DNA of 64,000 nucleotides from an uncultured Chromatiales bacterium (lineage in GTDB: Bacteria > Pseudomonadota > Gammaproteobacteria > Poriferisulfidales > Oxydemutatoraceae), in contig CAYFZO010000006.1 in NCBI GenBank assembly GCA_964347615.1, positions 4,126 through 68,125 of the forward strand, given 5' to 3'. The position numbers were made by a program, and so were the translations under genes. The notes below the pieces were generated by a model. The model was not told the DNA's origin. It was given only the letters and a program-made list of their open reading frames with translations, and searched no databases. Positions 38,101 through 48,000 of this stretch are shown here, piece by piece; the stretch's first letter is position 1, and every line of letters begins with the position of its first letter.

Positions 38101-40558
38101 TGATGCCGTTGAACGTCGCTGGCTCGATGACAATGCCGATTTCCGTGCCCGGGCAAACTTTTTCAGATACGTCCGGGGACCGTTCGGTGATCCAGAAGAA
38201 ACCACCGACGGTAAAAACAGATTTGTGGTTATCCGAGGCAAAACCAATCAGGACCTACATGAAAATTGGCGGCAAGCGCGCAACCACACTGTTAGCTTCA
38301 GCGATCCGAAACATCCATTCCGTCATCAAGGCTCGGCGGATATCAATCTCTATAAACTATTCCTCGAATCTGCCCATGCCTTGTTGGGATTTGGCGGAAG
38401 GTTGGGGTTCATCGTTCCTTCAGGGGTATATTCAGATGACGGAACACAGGCGCTTCGAAAGCTTTTTCTTGACAATTGCCGATGGGAGTGGCTGTTTGGC
38501 ATTGTAAACCGTGAAAACATTTTCCCCATTCATAAAAACTACAAATTCAACCCCGTAATCATTGAAAAAGGCGGAAACACGGAAGCAATCCAAACTGCTT
38601 TCATGCAACGCAATCTCGAAAACTGGGAAAATGCCGAGAGCATCTCTATTTCTTACCCTCAAACGTGGATAAAGCAGTTCAGCCCTAAAAATCGAACTTT
38701 CGTGGAAATTCAATCACAACGTAATTTGGAAATTTTGGAAAAGATATACAACCACAGCATTCTACTAGGTGATAACAGTTCCTCTGGATGGGGCGTTCGT
38801 TACTTTCGTGAATTCGATCAGACAAACGACTCAGAACTCTTCCCACCTCGCCCAGAGTGGGAGAATAAAGGGTATAGACCCGACGAGTACAACCGCTGGT
38901 TGCGAGGCGACTGGCAGCCGATTGAAAACCTCTTGGAGTCTTTAGATATTAATCCAGCCCAGGCCGAACCAGCAGAATTAGAACTTGAAGAGTGGTTGCT
39001 TCACGAGACAAGTTCAGAACGTCAAAAAACCGAAGTCCGACTCGTACGCGGCTATTTGCTCAGACCCGGCGACGTCGCCAGGACCGTTTGGAGTCTACGC
39101 TGCGCGCAGCCACCCTACGACAAACTGCCAATTCCGCGTTCGAAAGTACCTGCTGGAATAATTCTCTCACGAGAGGGTGATACCTATATCCACGTGGATA
39201 AAATCGAAGATATAGCCCTCCCACTTTACGTGGGAAAGATGATTTACGTCGGTGATTGGAACGCATCCACGATTCAGTTAAACGAGTTGAAACAACACAG
39301 CCCCAATCCTGAATACCTTTTAGGTATAAAAGACCTCCGACATAACCGCCAAACAAACAACCGCATCGTTTTCCGTGATGTATCACATGCAACCAATGAA
39401 CGTAGCTTCGTAGCGACTCTCATCCCTGGATTATTTCCCTGCGGGAACAAATTGCCGATACTAAGCTTGCCACCCTACAACCCTGTTCAAAGTCTTGAAT
39501 TAATCAATGCTTTGGTAAGTTTCGGATTCGACTGGGTTGTTCGACAGCGTTTCGCTGGAAATAGCCTCAATTGGCACATTGTCGAACCTTGCCCAGTGCC
39601 GCGCCCGGGTACTAGCACCAACAGAACGATAACGCAGTTGGCAAGGTTATTACTCGGAAACATTCTCTTTTCAAGCGACTGGCTGCAACTTTCGAATCTG
39701 GTTTCGCAGCCTCATTTTTACCCGTGTACTTTCAAAGAAAGGCTTCGTATTACTATTATGCTTGACGCAGTAATGACCGCCACCATGGGGCTTTCGGGGT
39801 CGGATTTTCGACGTATCCTGGCAGGGTGTGATTACCCGGCTGGGAACATCATTGACAAGCAACTAAAAGGTTTCTGGCGCGTGGACAAAGACAAAGCCCC
39901 TGAGCTCCGCCAAACTGTCCTGTCTCTAGTTGCTTTCCAAGACCTCGAAGAGCGAATTAAAGCAGCCAATAACAACGTGGAAAAGGGGATTGATTCTTTT
40001 CTTGCACAAAATCACGGCGAAGGGTGGATGCTGCCGGAAACGTTACGCCTTGCCGACTACGGCCTCGGCCATGACAATCGCGCGAAACAACCACAACCCG
40101 TCGCCAGCCGTCTCCCCGGCCCGCGCTTCTACGATTGGCAACTCGCTCAAAGCCCCAAAGAAGCTTGGCAAGAATGTCATCTCCACGCCCGAAATTTACT
40201 CGGCGCCGATGGTTACGCCCAACACGTTCTGAAACTGATTGAACAACGCGTCTCTAACGATGAAGAGTTTCTTGACCTTCTAACGCTACCGTTTGTGCGT
40301 GATTTCATGAACGAGGATGGTTACACGACGACTATAATCAAACTTCGGGCAAAAAAAATCCTAGACGAGACCGCCTACACCCAACTTCTCGATCATCTTC
40401 GAGCACGTAACCTCTTGGACGAAGTCCGTTATCGTCGCCAACGTGAACGTATTACTTCCACGCCGGAACAGGAGCCTCTGCCGAGAGTAGCCGAGCTCCC
40501 GGCAGACTACGATACCGAAACGCCCTCAAAAGAGAATCAAACAAAGATGTTCGAATAG
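35183..40558 (+). CDS. Giant (1,791-aa) gamma-class N6-adenine DNA methyltransferase (DrmMI/PglX-like) with large N- and C-terminal extensions of unknown function
   Basis: Motif I is 'DPACGSGTFPLAALRFL' at about residue 617. 'IYAVDLDPLAVELCQLSLWIE' follows. Motif IV, 'ILGNPPWD' (NPPW), is at about residue 931. The TTG start overlaps the SNF2 stop. Confidence 0.8.
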   Translation: MSTEQTNADLPGWDSLRHGGLLFDVARLKTLTEFIPPRLNEYVEQQLRHQGSSILNETGDTSTFVTFVLEQVCGLDGSTGTWLRGNNVPSSWGRRAITGETVKPRHLWQGQHDALLPIFIDDKKRIGIGKGRRTISQVLGWLRAGNNQLALITNGRQWRLLFAGLDYDAWCEWDMDMWFEEGGLSPQVTALRTLLNFELWTPKSEDAPPLLLQAIRDTRKGQAELSEELGEQVRKAVEKLIQGHSEALREYHDSVAPADIYRAACRVVMRLIVILFAESRDLLPRENALYHGSYGLNGLFDQLEHSAHHGADLANSWAAWPRILALFNLVRQGSHHPDLPVTAYGGKLFATGRPDPADRASKAIDIFERENQSALFSDRDVHKMLRLLTRTTISIRQGRGVRRSKAPVDFSDLSSEYIGILYEGLLDYELKTAPDDDSVVFLTVGNRPALPLSRLEKMEDGAIRTLFKSLKKKKAVTDDDTSEDSEQESKDVELESKVDELSFDANDVTLYDKNDQLDISRAEAWARRAVQVAKLVKKPLVARVVLPGEWYLVRWGGTRKGSGSFYTRPGLAVPTVQRTLRPLAYDPPPKANGAPDTAARAESWIPKLPEQILDVKTCDPACGSGTFPLAALRFLTDALYKSLQRHERIKRDGERSVIRLLRLHHDKNSTTAGESPFHEELIPCPPDDGDFEPRLKAVLRRHVVERCIYAVDLDPLAVELCQLSLWIETMNRELPFGFLDHKIKCGDALLGAWFDQFQHYPVMAWKNREGGDKNHSEGVHFEKNVRTKKIKDFVKDKLTPDLKLFLRGRDLFQEDTLEIATTAHKESLSVLEKMHKMSVQDTEERARIYHQNFLGRKAWSQIKDAMDLWCACWFWPVDKIEQAPLPSNFAKPPGETLAVAKQTANKMRFFHWELEFPDVFQEQGAGFSAILGNPPWDAPKPISKEFFSDIDPLYRTYGKQEALQYQSRCFKDGDAVERRWLDDNADFRARANFFRYVRGPFGDPEETTDGKNRFVVIRGKTNQDLHENWRQARNHTVSFSDPKHPFRHQGSADINLYKLFLESAHALLGFGGRLGFIVPSGVYSDDGTQALRKLFLDNCRWEWLFGIVNRENIFPIHKNYKFNPVIIEKGGNTEAIQTAFMQRNLENWENAESISISYPQTWIKQFSPKNRTFVEIQSQRNLEILEKIYNHSILLGDNSSSGWGVRYFREFDQTNDSELFPPRPEWENKGYRPDEYNRWLRGDWQPIENLLESLDINPAQAEPAELELEEWLLHETSSERQKTEVRLVRGYLLRPGDVARTVWSLRCAQPPYDKLPIPRSKVPAGIILSREGDTYIHVDKIEDIALPLYVGKMIYVGDWNASTIQLNELKQHSPNPEYLLGIKDLRHNRQTNNRIVFRDVSHATNERSFVATLIPGLFPCGNKLPILSLPPYNPVQSLELINALVSFGFDWVVRQRFAGNSLNWHIVEPCPVPRPGTSTNRTITQLARLLLGNILFSSDWLQLSNLVSQPHFYPCTFKERLRITIMLDAVMTATMGLSGSDFRRILAGCDYPAGNIIDKQLKGFWRVDKDKAPELRQTVLSLVAFQDLEERIKAANNNVEKGIDSFLAQNHGEGWMLPETLRLADYGLGHDNRAKQPQPVASRLPGPRFYDWQLAQSPKEAWQECHLHARNLLGADGYAQHVLKLIEQRVSNDEEFLDLLTLPFVRDFMNEDGYTTTIIKLRAKKILDETAYTQLLDHLRARNLLDEVRYRRQRERITSTPEQEPLPRVAELPADYDTETPSKENQTKMFE

Positions 40559-40596
40559 ATAGAAAGCCAAGAGATCAGATGAAGCTGTTTCGGAAC

Positions 40597-41112
40597 CTAA
40601 CCACCAATCTCTCTGGTGAATCGATTAATTATATCTTCGTTGATGTGCGTAGGGCTAGATTCATGCATTTGGTTAGCAACCGCCAAAGCAGTATGCTGCG
40701 TAAGAACACCAGCAGTAACCAAATCCACCATTAGGGTAAGCCCGAAACGAGTTTTGACGCGATGTTTTTCGCAAAGTCGCTGAAGTGCTCTATCGTTTGT
40801 GACGCACGTCCATCCTCTTTCTTTACAGGTAACGAGGCAAAGGCGGTCATTAAATGAAACGTTTGACTCGACTTCTCCAGCTGCAAGCATTTGTTCTGTC
40901 TCAACTTCGACGACCTCGATACCATAACGACGACACTGAGACACTGATACTCCTCGGACCTCGTCGAGCACGTGCGTCAAAACGGCTATTTGCCCTACGG
41001 ACTGAGTTACGAGTTTTAGAACCTCTAGCTTGGAATCACGGTAGTCTATAAGAACGTCCGCATCCGCAAGAAGCCCAGTTTGTAAGGCCCCGCGTTCAAT
41101 TTGTCCACTCAC
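40597..41112 (-). CDS. PIN-like nuclease-fold protein (DUF4411-like), partner of the HTH-ImmA regulator
   Basis: The N-terminus 'LLADADVLIDY' is a PIN-like first-Asp strand. Further acidic residues follow ('THVLDEVRG', 'VTNDRAL'). Its start overlaps the upstream HTH-ImmA stop. The ImmA-plus-DUF4411 pairing is a recurring defence-island dyad (from memory). Confidence 0.45.
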   Translation of the reverse strand: MSGQIERGALQTGLLADADVLIDYRDSKLEVLKLVTQSVGQIAVLTHVLDEVRGVSVSQCRRYGIEVVEVETEQMLAAGEVESNVSFNDRLCLVTCKERGWTCVTNDRALQRLCEKHRVKTRFGLTLMVDLVTAGVLTQHTALAVANQMHESSPTHINEDIINRFTREIGG

Positions 41113-42229
41113 GCGCCTGTTTCCTCATCTCCTCTCGAGTAATCCTCAATATTTCGGCAGCGCGCCCAAGCGAAATATGCTGCTTCTCGACCGCCCTCCG
41201 CACGAGACGCGATAGGCGATTCTCAACGAAATCGTTATAGGAAAGACCTTCTGGTTCTTCAGATCGGCGCCAGCTCCAAGCAAATTCTCCCGCTTCCAGA
41301 GCGAAAGGCTCGTCGACCTTGCGGAGGGTTTTGCCAAAGCGAGCACGATGCTGCCGTTGAAACGTACGCCAAATTTCAGATTCTGCGCGCTCCGATTCCA
41401 CCAAGCGGTAAAGAACTGTCTTATAACTTACTCGGAAAATTCTCTTGACTTTAAGGACACGAATCAAAAGCGGATGTCCATAAGTTTCATTCCATTCACT
41501 GTTAAATGCTTCCTCCGGCATTAGAAACTCACTTGCGAACGCATCTGCTTCACGTTCTGTATCTGCAGAAAGATCGGTCTCATCACGTTGATACTCCCCA
41601 GGGTGAAGCAATAGATGTCCCAACTCATGTGCTGCGGTAAATATCCAACGCTCCACCGATATTCGGTCCCACCTATTGACAACAATCGCTGGCCCGCCAT
41701 CTTGTTCCCCAGCGCTCAACCCAAAGAAAGAATCCCGCTTTTTGTCCAGAAGCAAGAGTTTTACTCCATTTTTCTCAAGTAATCCACAGATGTCCCGCAC
41801 CGGTTCCTTAGGCCCTAACTCAGCAATCTCACGTACTTTTTGGGCAGCACTTTCAGGTCCTGCACTACGAAAAATCTCAGGGTTAAATTTGAATGGACAC
41901 TGCTCGCCCAGGCTGACTTCCAGACTCTTATAGTCATCCAGCCATTTTGAAACTTCCGCCAAAATTTGCTCTCTCCCATGCACTTGGGTCTTGGCGCGAA
42001 ACCGTACACTCTTGAGAGGACGTACGGGAGTCACGAGAACACCGACCGGAACCGCCAGCGCCTTTGCCAACGCAGTAAGTGTTCCCTCCCGCGGGATGAC
42101 TACACCCCGCTCAATCTTGCCAAGCGCCACCCGTGAAAGCCCCGCCTTATCGGCAAGCTGTTCCTGAGTCAGCTCCCGATCCAAGCGTAACCGCGCTACG
42201 TTTGCGGCAATCCCCGCTCTGTCTTCCAT
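41096..42229 (-). CDS. XRE-family HTH fused to an ImmA/IrrE-family Zn-metallopeptidase
   Basis: The HTH is 'LTQEQLADKAGLSRVALGKIERG'. The HExxH motif is 'FTAAHELGHLLLH'. It is divergently oriented from the Ubl operon. Confidence 0.8.
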   Translation of the reverse strand: MEDRAGIAANVARLRLDRELTQEQLADKAGLSRVALGKIERGVVIPREGTLTALAKALAVPVGVLVTPVRPLKSVRFRAKTQVHGREQILAEVSKWLDDYKSLEVSLGEQCPFKFNPEIFRSAGPESAAQKVREIAELGPKEPVRDICGLLEKNGVKLLLLDKKRDSFFGLSAGEQDGGPAIVVNRWDRISVERWIFTAAHELGHLLLHPGEYQRDETDLSADTEREADAFASEFLMPEEAFNSEWNETYGHPLLIRVLKVKRIFRVSYKTVLYRLVESERAESEIWRTFQRQHRARFGKTLRKVDEPFALEAGEFAWSWRRSEEPEGLSYNDFVENRLSRLVRRAVEKQHISLGRAAEILRITREEMRKQAREWTN

Positions 42230-42252
42230 CTTCGAACTTCGAAAAGCGCCCC

Positions 42253-42281
42253 TTGACAGGCGTTCACCAGTAAGGTATCAT
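42253..42281 (+). promoter_or_regulatory. Candidate sigma-70 promoter for the Ubl/E2/JAB/E1/helicase operon, with TTCGAA repeats immediately upstream
   Basis: The sequence is TTGACA, 17 nt, TATCAT (42,253-42,258 and 42,276-42,281). It lies in the divergent intergenic region between the HTH-ImmA gene and the Ubl gene. 'CTTCGAACTTCGAA' at 42,229-42,246 is a possible operator. Confidence 0.4.
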
Positions 42282-42406
42282 ATCTCCCGAAGTTGTCAAT
42301 ATGAATACTTTCAGATTGGCAGCTATAGGGCCGAACGCTTGGCTGATTGCCGTTTTGCTGTCAGCAGGCTTCGGGATTATACAACAAGCACGGGAGGGAC
42401 CAGATA

Positions 42407-42658
42407 ATGGTTGATCCAGACAAAGTAATCCTCGAAATTGCGGCACCGAAAGGGCTGTTCAAAGGGGAGTTCGAAAAAACTGTTACCGTTCAACAGGTAA
42501 TCGACGCAGTTATAGAAAAACAACAATTGCAGCGCGGCGATGTTTTTGAGCTGTTTTATAAAGGTAAGCAGCTTGAACCAGTAAAACAAACGCTGGCTGA
42601 GTTTAATCTTGCAGGAGTAGTTCAGCTCGAGCTCGTTGCTACCGGTCAAGGAGTATAG
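42407..42658 (+). CDS. Small ubiquitin-like (beta-grasp) protein
   Basis: 83 aa with a GGGAGGGA ribosome-binding site. It is the first gene of an operon that also encodes E2-like, JAB/MPN and E1-like proteins. The C-terminus reads '...LELVATGQGV'. Confidence 0.5.
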   Translation: MVDPDKVILEIAAPKGLFKGEFEKTVTVQQVIDAVIEKQQLQRGDVFELFYKGKQLEPVKQTLAEFNLAGVVQLELVATGQGV

Positions 42659-42664
42659 CGATCC

Positions 42665-43123
42665 ATGGCAACGGTATCTGAGTTGATTCTCGGTGAAGAG
42701 TTCGGTCATTTGCGCGAGATAGCCGAAGCTCGTAACTGGCCTCTCAGTCAAGTCAACAAGCGTACATTTAAGCTCACGCTTACAGCACGTGATGATGCCC
42801 GCTTCAGCTTATTGGTTAGCTGCAGCGATTACCCGCAAAAACCACCGGCTTGGCACTGGTGTAATCCTGAAACGGATGCTCTGGACCAAAAAAGCGATAC
42901 GCCGAAAGGGACTGGAGGATATTTTGACCAGTCGGGTTGCATTTGTGCGCCTTGGAACAGGCTCGCCTATCAGCAAGAGAACCCTGAAGGCCCTCACCCA
43001 GATTGGAATCTTGTGAACTGGAGGACAAATGATTGGACAAAAGGATGCACCACGCTGTCCGCAATGGCGTCACGTATCGCGGTCGAACTCATGAGCGATC
43101 GTTACCGAGGCCGGGAAATCTGA
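42665..43123 (+). CDS. E2-like (UBC-fold) candidate conjugating protein
   Basis: 152-aa protein lying between the Ubl and JAB genes. 'QSGCICAPWN' is a candidate catalytic Cys loop. The assignment is mainly by operon context. Confidence 0.35.
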   Translation: MATVSELILGEEFGHLREIAEARNWPLSQVNKRTFKLTLTARDDARFSLLVSCSDYPQKPPAWHWCNPETDALDQKSDTPKGTGGYFDQSGCICAPWNRLAYQQENPEGPHPDWNLVNWRTNDWTKGCTTLSAMASRIAVELMSDRYRGREI

Positions 43124-43128
43124 GATAA

Positions 43129-43650
43129 ATGCTTGAACGAATAAAAAAGTTGTTTTTTCGTAAACGAGTTTTCAAACCTGGTCCGCCAGAACCACCTAGA
43201 TTGATTTTAGCTCAATCCAGTGTGACTGCTCTACGGTCTTGCATGAAACCGGAAATTCGAAAAAAACACGAAAGTATCGCTTACCTTCTGGGTCAGACTA
43301 ACTCTACGACAACTTTGGTTGTGAGTGTAATCCGACCTCAGGCCCAAACCACACCGGGGAGCTTCAAGGTCGAGTCCGTAGCAATGATACGAATTATGCG
43401 TGCAGCTGTCCGTCTTGGACTTCAGGTAGTTGGACAAATACATACCCATCCTAGGAAAGCATTTCACAGCGAAGGAGACGAGGAAGGAGCACGTATTGCC
43501 TATAGCGGCTACGCTTCGATCGTGTTGCCTGATTATGGGCGACGCCTCCCCTCGTTCAAAGGAGCAGTTGCCTACATGTTCCAGACTAACAGCGGCTTTA
43601 TACCAATCGCTCCAGATTGCTTCGTGATCGTGCCGGGAAAAACATCGTGA
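43129..43650 (+). CDS. JAB/MPN+ (JAMM) metalloprotease / deubiquitinase-like
   Basis: The JAMM motif is 'GQIHTHPRKAFHSEGDEEG' (H-x-H-x7-S-x2-D). An upstream Glu lies in 'FKVESVAMIR'. Confidence 0.7.
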   Translation: MLERIKKLFFRKRVFKPGPPEPPRLILAQSSVTALRSCMKPEIRKKHESIAYLLGQTNSTTTLVVSVIRPQAQTTPGSFKVESVAMIRIMRAAVRLGLQVVGQIHTHPRKAFHSEGDEEGARIAYSGYASIVLPDYGRRLPSFKGAVAYMFQTNSGFIPIAPDCFVIVPGKTS

Positions 43651-44996
43651 ACGGGGAAGACTGGAGAAGGGAACGTGACAGTCGTTCCTTGCTCTATGCG
43701 GGGCGAGTACTCGACCGTAATCGGTGGGTGTCGCTGTGTCCTGATCCACGTTACGTGTCGCGTTACGATGGGCAAGTGGCGCTTCTGACCGCGGCGAATC
43801 TCCTTGGTCGAATGACCCCCAGTATTGCGTTGGATATTCCTGATTCAATCCCCATCGTTGATTCTCTACCTAATGCCGGGAAGAACTTGCGTGACGTGTT
43901 GCTTGACCAGCTTCATGAAGCAGATCCTTCTGGGAGTTTCTGTCGCCGCTCATATAAACCGGATGACTACATCATCAGATTCGGTAAGACCGGCGGCGTC
44001 AATACAGTGCACGGGTCGGGCTGGAAAATGTACTGCGGCCCAAGCCCATCACCTTTGGCAGAAACCGAAACGGTAAATCCAATTGGCCCAGCAATGGCTT
44101 CTATTCTTGCTGTAAGTGAAGCTTTCCGAACAAATCTTACTTCACCTCCCGGACAATACACTTTCGATGCTCTAACTTGGACTTCTGACGTAAAAGATGA
44201 AAGTGATGCTCCACTTCCTACTCAGTCGAAGCTCGGAGAAGTTTGGGTTGTTGGTACTGGCTCAGTTGGAACAGCGGTACTCTATTTTTTGAGCCTTGCT
44301 ACACGGAATTTTTCCGCGGTTCTTTTCGACATGGATATAGTCGAAATTCACAATCTGGATCGATCTCCTATATTCACGAGTAACGATGCGGATAATAAAA
44401 CAAACAAAGCAATAGCGACAAAAAGATATCTAAACCAAGTAGGAGTTTCTAACGTCAAAGCCGAACCACACGCCCTTGATGAATCCGATATCTGGAAAAA
44501 CCGTCAGCCAGGTACCCCCGACGTTTTAGTCCCGACCGCAAACGAGCGTAATGTGCGTTCCCTTATCGAAAGTTACTTTCCGCCAATCCAAGTTTACGGA
44601 ACCACGGGGCAGAACGGACAAGCCACAATGATTCGTCATATTCCCCCGCATGATCCATGTTCGCTTTGCCTATTTCCTGACACTGACCACGCACCAACGA
44701 GTTGCGCGATCGGTAAAGTTGAGAATGAAAGTAATGAAAAGAAAATTGATGCGGCGCTCCCTTTTCTATCCTTTGCTGCAGGAGCAATGGCCGTCGCCGA
44801 AATTCTAAAACTCAGCCTGCCTGATTATCCAGCCAATAGAAGTAACCGAACAATCTTGTACACAGGCTGTCCACCCCGTTTCACATCTGGACAATTATCT
44901 TTCAGAGATGGTTGCCCATGCCGGCAACGTAACTACGACCTTTATCGAAAAATAACCGAGAACACCTGCTTTTCCCACTTGATGCGTTTCTCATGA
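43617..44996 (+). CDS. E1-like ThiF/MoeB-family activating enzyme
   Basis: The Rossmann nucleotide-binding motif is 'VWVVGTGSVGTAVLYFL', with 'FDMDIVEIHNLDRS' after it. A C-terminal Cys pair lies in 'PHDPCSLCLFPDTDH...SCAIG'. Its start overlaps the JAB gene. Confidence 0.7.
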   Translation: MLRDRAGKNIVNGEDWRRERDSRSLLYAGRVLDRNRWVSLCPDPRYVSRYDGQVALLTAANLLGRMTPSIALDIPDSIPIVDSLPNAGKNLRDVLLDQLHEADPSGSFCRRSYKPDDYIIRFGKTGGVNTVHGSGWKMYCGPSPSPLAETETVNPIGPAMASILAVSEAFRTNLTSPPGQYTFDALTWTSDVKDESDAPLPTQSKLGEVWVVGTGSVGTAVLYFLSLATRNFSAVLFDMDIVEIHNLDRSPIFTSNDADNKTNKAIATKRYLNQVGVSNVKAEPHALDESDIWKNRQPGTPDVLVPTANERNVRSLIESYFPPIQVYGTTGQNGQATMIRHIPPHDPCSLCLFPDTDHAPTSCAIGKVENESNEKKIDAALPFLSFAAGAMAVAEILKLSLPDYPANRSNRTILYTGCPPRFTSGQLSFRDGCPCRQRNYDLYRKITENTCFSHLMRFS

Positions 44997-45027
44997 TTTC
45001 GTAGTTTAGGCACTCAATCGGCCAACA

Positions 45028-48000
45028 ATGTATTATCGGCTGGTTTGGAACTTTCAAAGTGCTGTATTTCCAATGGCTTTAAACCCCATCGCTTACACGG
45101 AAAGCGTCGTCCGTAGTTTTCTGCGTTACCAACTTACGGCGTACCCTTTCGCTGACCAAAGATTGCACGAACAGATGTGCAAATTGCTGTCTCTTAACGA
45201 AACTCGTCAGTCTCCCCTCCTCAAAGGCCCCTACGTCAGCTTATCGCGCTCATTCCGGCAAGGCGCTTCAGTCGCGTCTTTAGTGAAAGAAAGGCTGCTA
45301 CACCCTCACTTACAACAACGTATTCGCAACGAAGTTACACATCTCTATAGTCATCAAGAAAAAGCGATCCGTGCTATTGCGAAGAAGCAGACAACCCTCG
45401 TATCCACCGGAACCGGTTCAGGCAAAACCGAATGCTTCCTCTATCCCATCATTAGCCAATGCCTGAAACTCAGGGATGAAAAAGCATCCCCCGGTATTAG
45501 CGCGGTCATTGTCTATCCGATGAACGCATTGGCGGAAGATCAGCTCATGCGATTACGCGGCCTGTTGGCAGGCACTGGAATTCCATTTGGGATTTATGTA
45601 GGCAAGACACCTGAGAATGAAGCCGATGTGACTGGCGTTAAATTGCATGATGGGGCGTCACGGGATGATTACGAAACCCGGCTGAAACGAGCACAACAAG
45701 AAAGCAGCGGCGAGACGGTTTATCCAGCAGAAGAGGTTTGTTCACGGGAGGTTATGCGCACAGAAGGCAAACAGCCACGAATTCTCTTAACCAACGTGAA
45801 GCAGCTTGAGCTGCTGCTGACGCGGCAGATAGATATTCAACTGTTCGCTAATGCTCGACTGGATTTTCTGGTATTCGATGAGGCTCATACGTTCACTGGG
45901 GCGCTAGGAGCGGAAACAGCCTGCCTAATCCGGCGCCTGCGTGCATTCTGTGACATCAATATAAACCACACTACATGCGTCGCTACCTCAGCAACGATCG
46001 TTGATAAGGAAGAGCCTGACGCCGCCCGAAAATTCGCCGCACGATTTTTCGGCGTTCCACGCGAAGCAGTAACTACAGTTAATGAAGACTACGAAAAAGA
46101 CGTTTGGGAAGAGCCACGGTTTGTTCCCACTGCTCCCCCTGAAAAAGCTGCCGATATTCTCAGCAACTGTATTGAGGCAGTTGAAGACGAAGACAATTCA
46201 AACGCTGAAAAAATAGAGGCAATCTATCGTGCGTTAACCGGCGAGGGCCTGCCCGAAAGAAACTGGCCGGAAGCCCTGCACAATGCTATGTCTCGCAATG
46301 ATCTGGTTTTTCGCTTGAACGAGGAGCTCCATACCCCGAGGGAGCTGGCGGAATTACCAGCAGCACTTGAACGGCATATCGACCGCCCTGTAGCTGAGGA
46401 AGAAATTCTTGCTTGGCTGACGTTAGGGGCGGCAGCACGCAAGCAAGGTCGACCTTTATTACGCCCCATCGTACATAACTTCGTACGCGGCATCAGCGGC
46501 GCCGTGGTGACATTTCCTAAAGATATGAATAGCCCGAAGCTATGGCTCGCTGCAAAAGACGAGGGTGAGATTGAACCTGACACGTCTGAAGATAAACATG
46601 CGCATTTTCCTGTAACGACCTGTACTACTTGTGGACAGCACTACTTCATTGCGTTCCTAAAAGACTTCTCTTTCACCGGAAACGTGCCTGAGGGCGGTGA
46701 AACCAGCTCCACCGGCCCTTGGTGGTCTTCGAAAGAAGAAACTTTGGGTGGTAAACGCGTTGTTCTAGTAGACAAATTGATTGGAGAAAGTGACGAAGAC
46801 GAGGACACGTCTCCTCATGCGAAGATGGCACCACTCTATTTCTGTCGCCGATGCGGAACAGCACACCTTGAAACACAGTCACGATGCCTTTGCTGTGGAT
46901 ATGAAAATGGTACGGTTCAGCTGCACGCAGTCCGCCAGAAGGAAAAAAATCCTGGCAAACTGGCCAGCTGCCTTTCTTGTGGTTCTACCAGTCGTCGACT
47001 CGGCGGGGATTACCGCGAACCAGCCCGGCCCGTGCGTGCAGTTAACGTGGCGGACGTGCACGTTCTCACCCAAGACATGGTGCACCACGCAGAACGACGT
47101 CGTCTGCTCGTATTCTGCGATAACCGGCAGGACGCGGCATTTCAAGCTGGCTGGATGAAAGACCGCGCCCGACGTTTCAGGTTACGAGCGTTAATGATGG
47201 AAAACATCAAAAAAAGCGCGTGCTCCGTAGGCGATTTGGCCGGGCATCTCGATAAGTTAATGGAAAAAGATGAAACCCTTTCACGAGCGTTGCTTCCTGA
47301 GGTATGGCGCGTTGCACGTCGAGAAGACAGCGGTACCCGCCACCAACAGGAACGCTACAAGTTTCTTCGCTTCCAAGTATTGCGCGAAGTTACACTGCCG
47401 TCACGACAAGCGGTTGGTCTCGAGCCATGGGGCCGCATGAAAATCGAATACACGGGGCTCGACGCGGTGCTACCATGGATTCAGAAGCATGCTCATTCCC
47501 TAAGCCTCCCCCCAGATGGCTTGCGGGAAGGCGTCGCAAGCGTACTCGACTACTTGAGACGAAGAGGGGTGCTGTATGACCCTGAGAATGAGATATTTAC
47601 GAAATACTGGGGAAAAGGAGACCTTGAGATCCAGCGTGGGTACTTACCCGACTCTATTCGACCCAACTCCACCAAGCTACAGCGCCAAGCAGATGAAAAA
47701 CGGGAAGTAATTATTCAATGGATAAGCGACAGGGGCAGCCCAACGGTACCCCAAATCGTCAAGAAATGGGGGGCAGAGAAAAACGCAATCAAACCACTTT
47801 TGGAAAGCTTGTTTCAATTCTTAAAGGAAAACAAACTACTAGTGCCTGTACGACTTAAAGGTTACAAAGGCCGCGCGCTCCCAAAGGTACACGGCGTCTA
47901 CCAAGTAAATAGCGACAAATTACTGTTGACTCCGAACAAAGGCATGAGACGTTGTCGTAGCTGTCGCCGCACTACCACTCGGAACTTACCTTACGACCAC

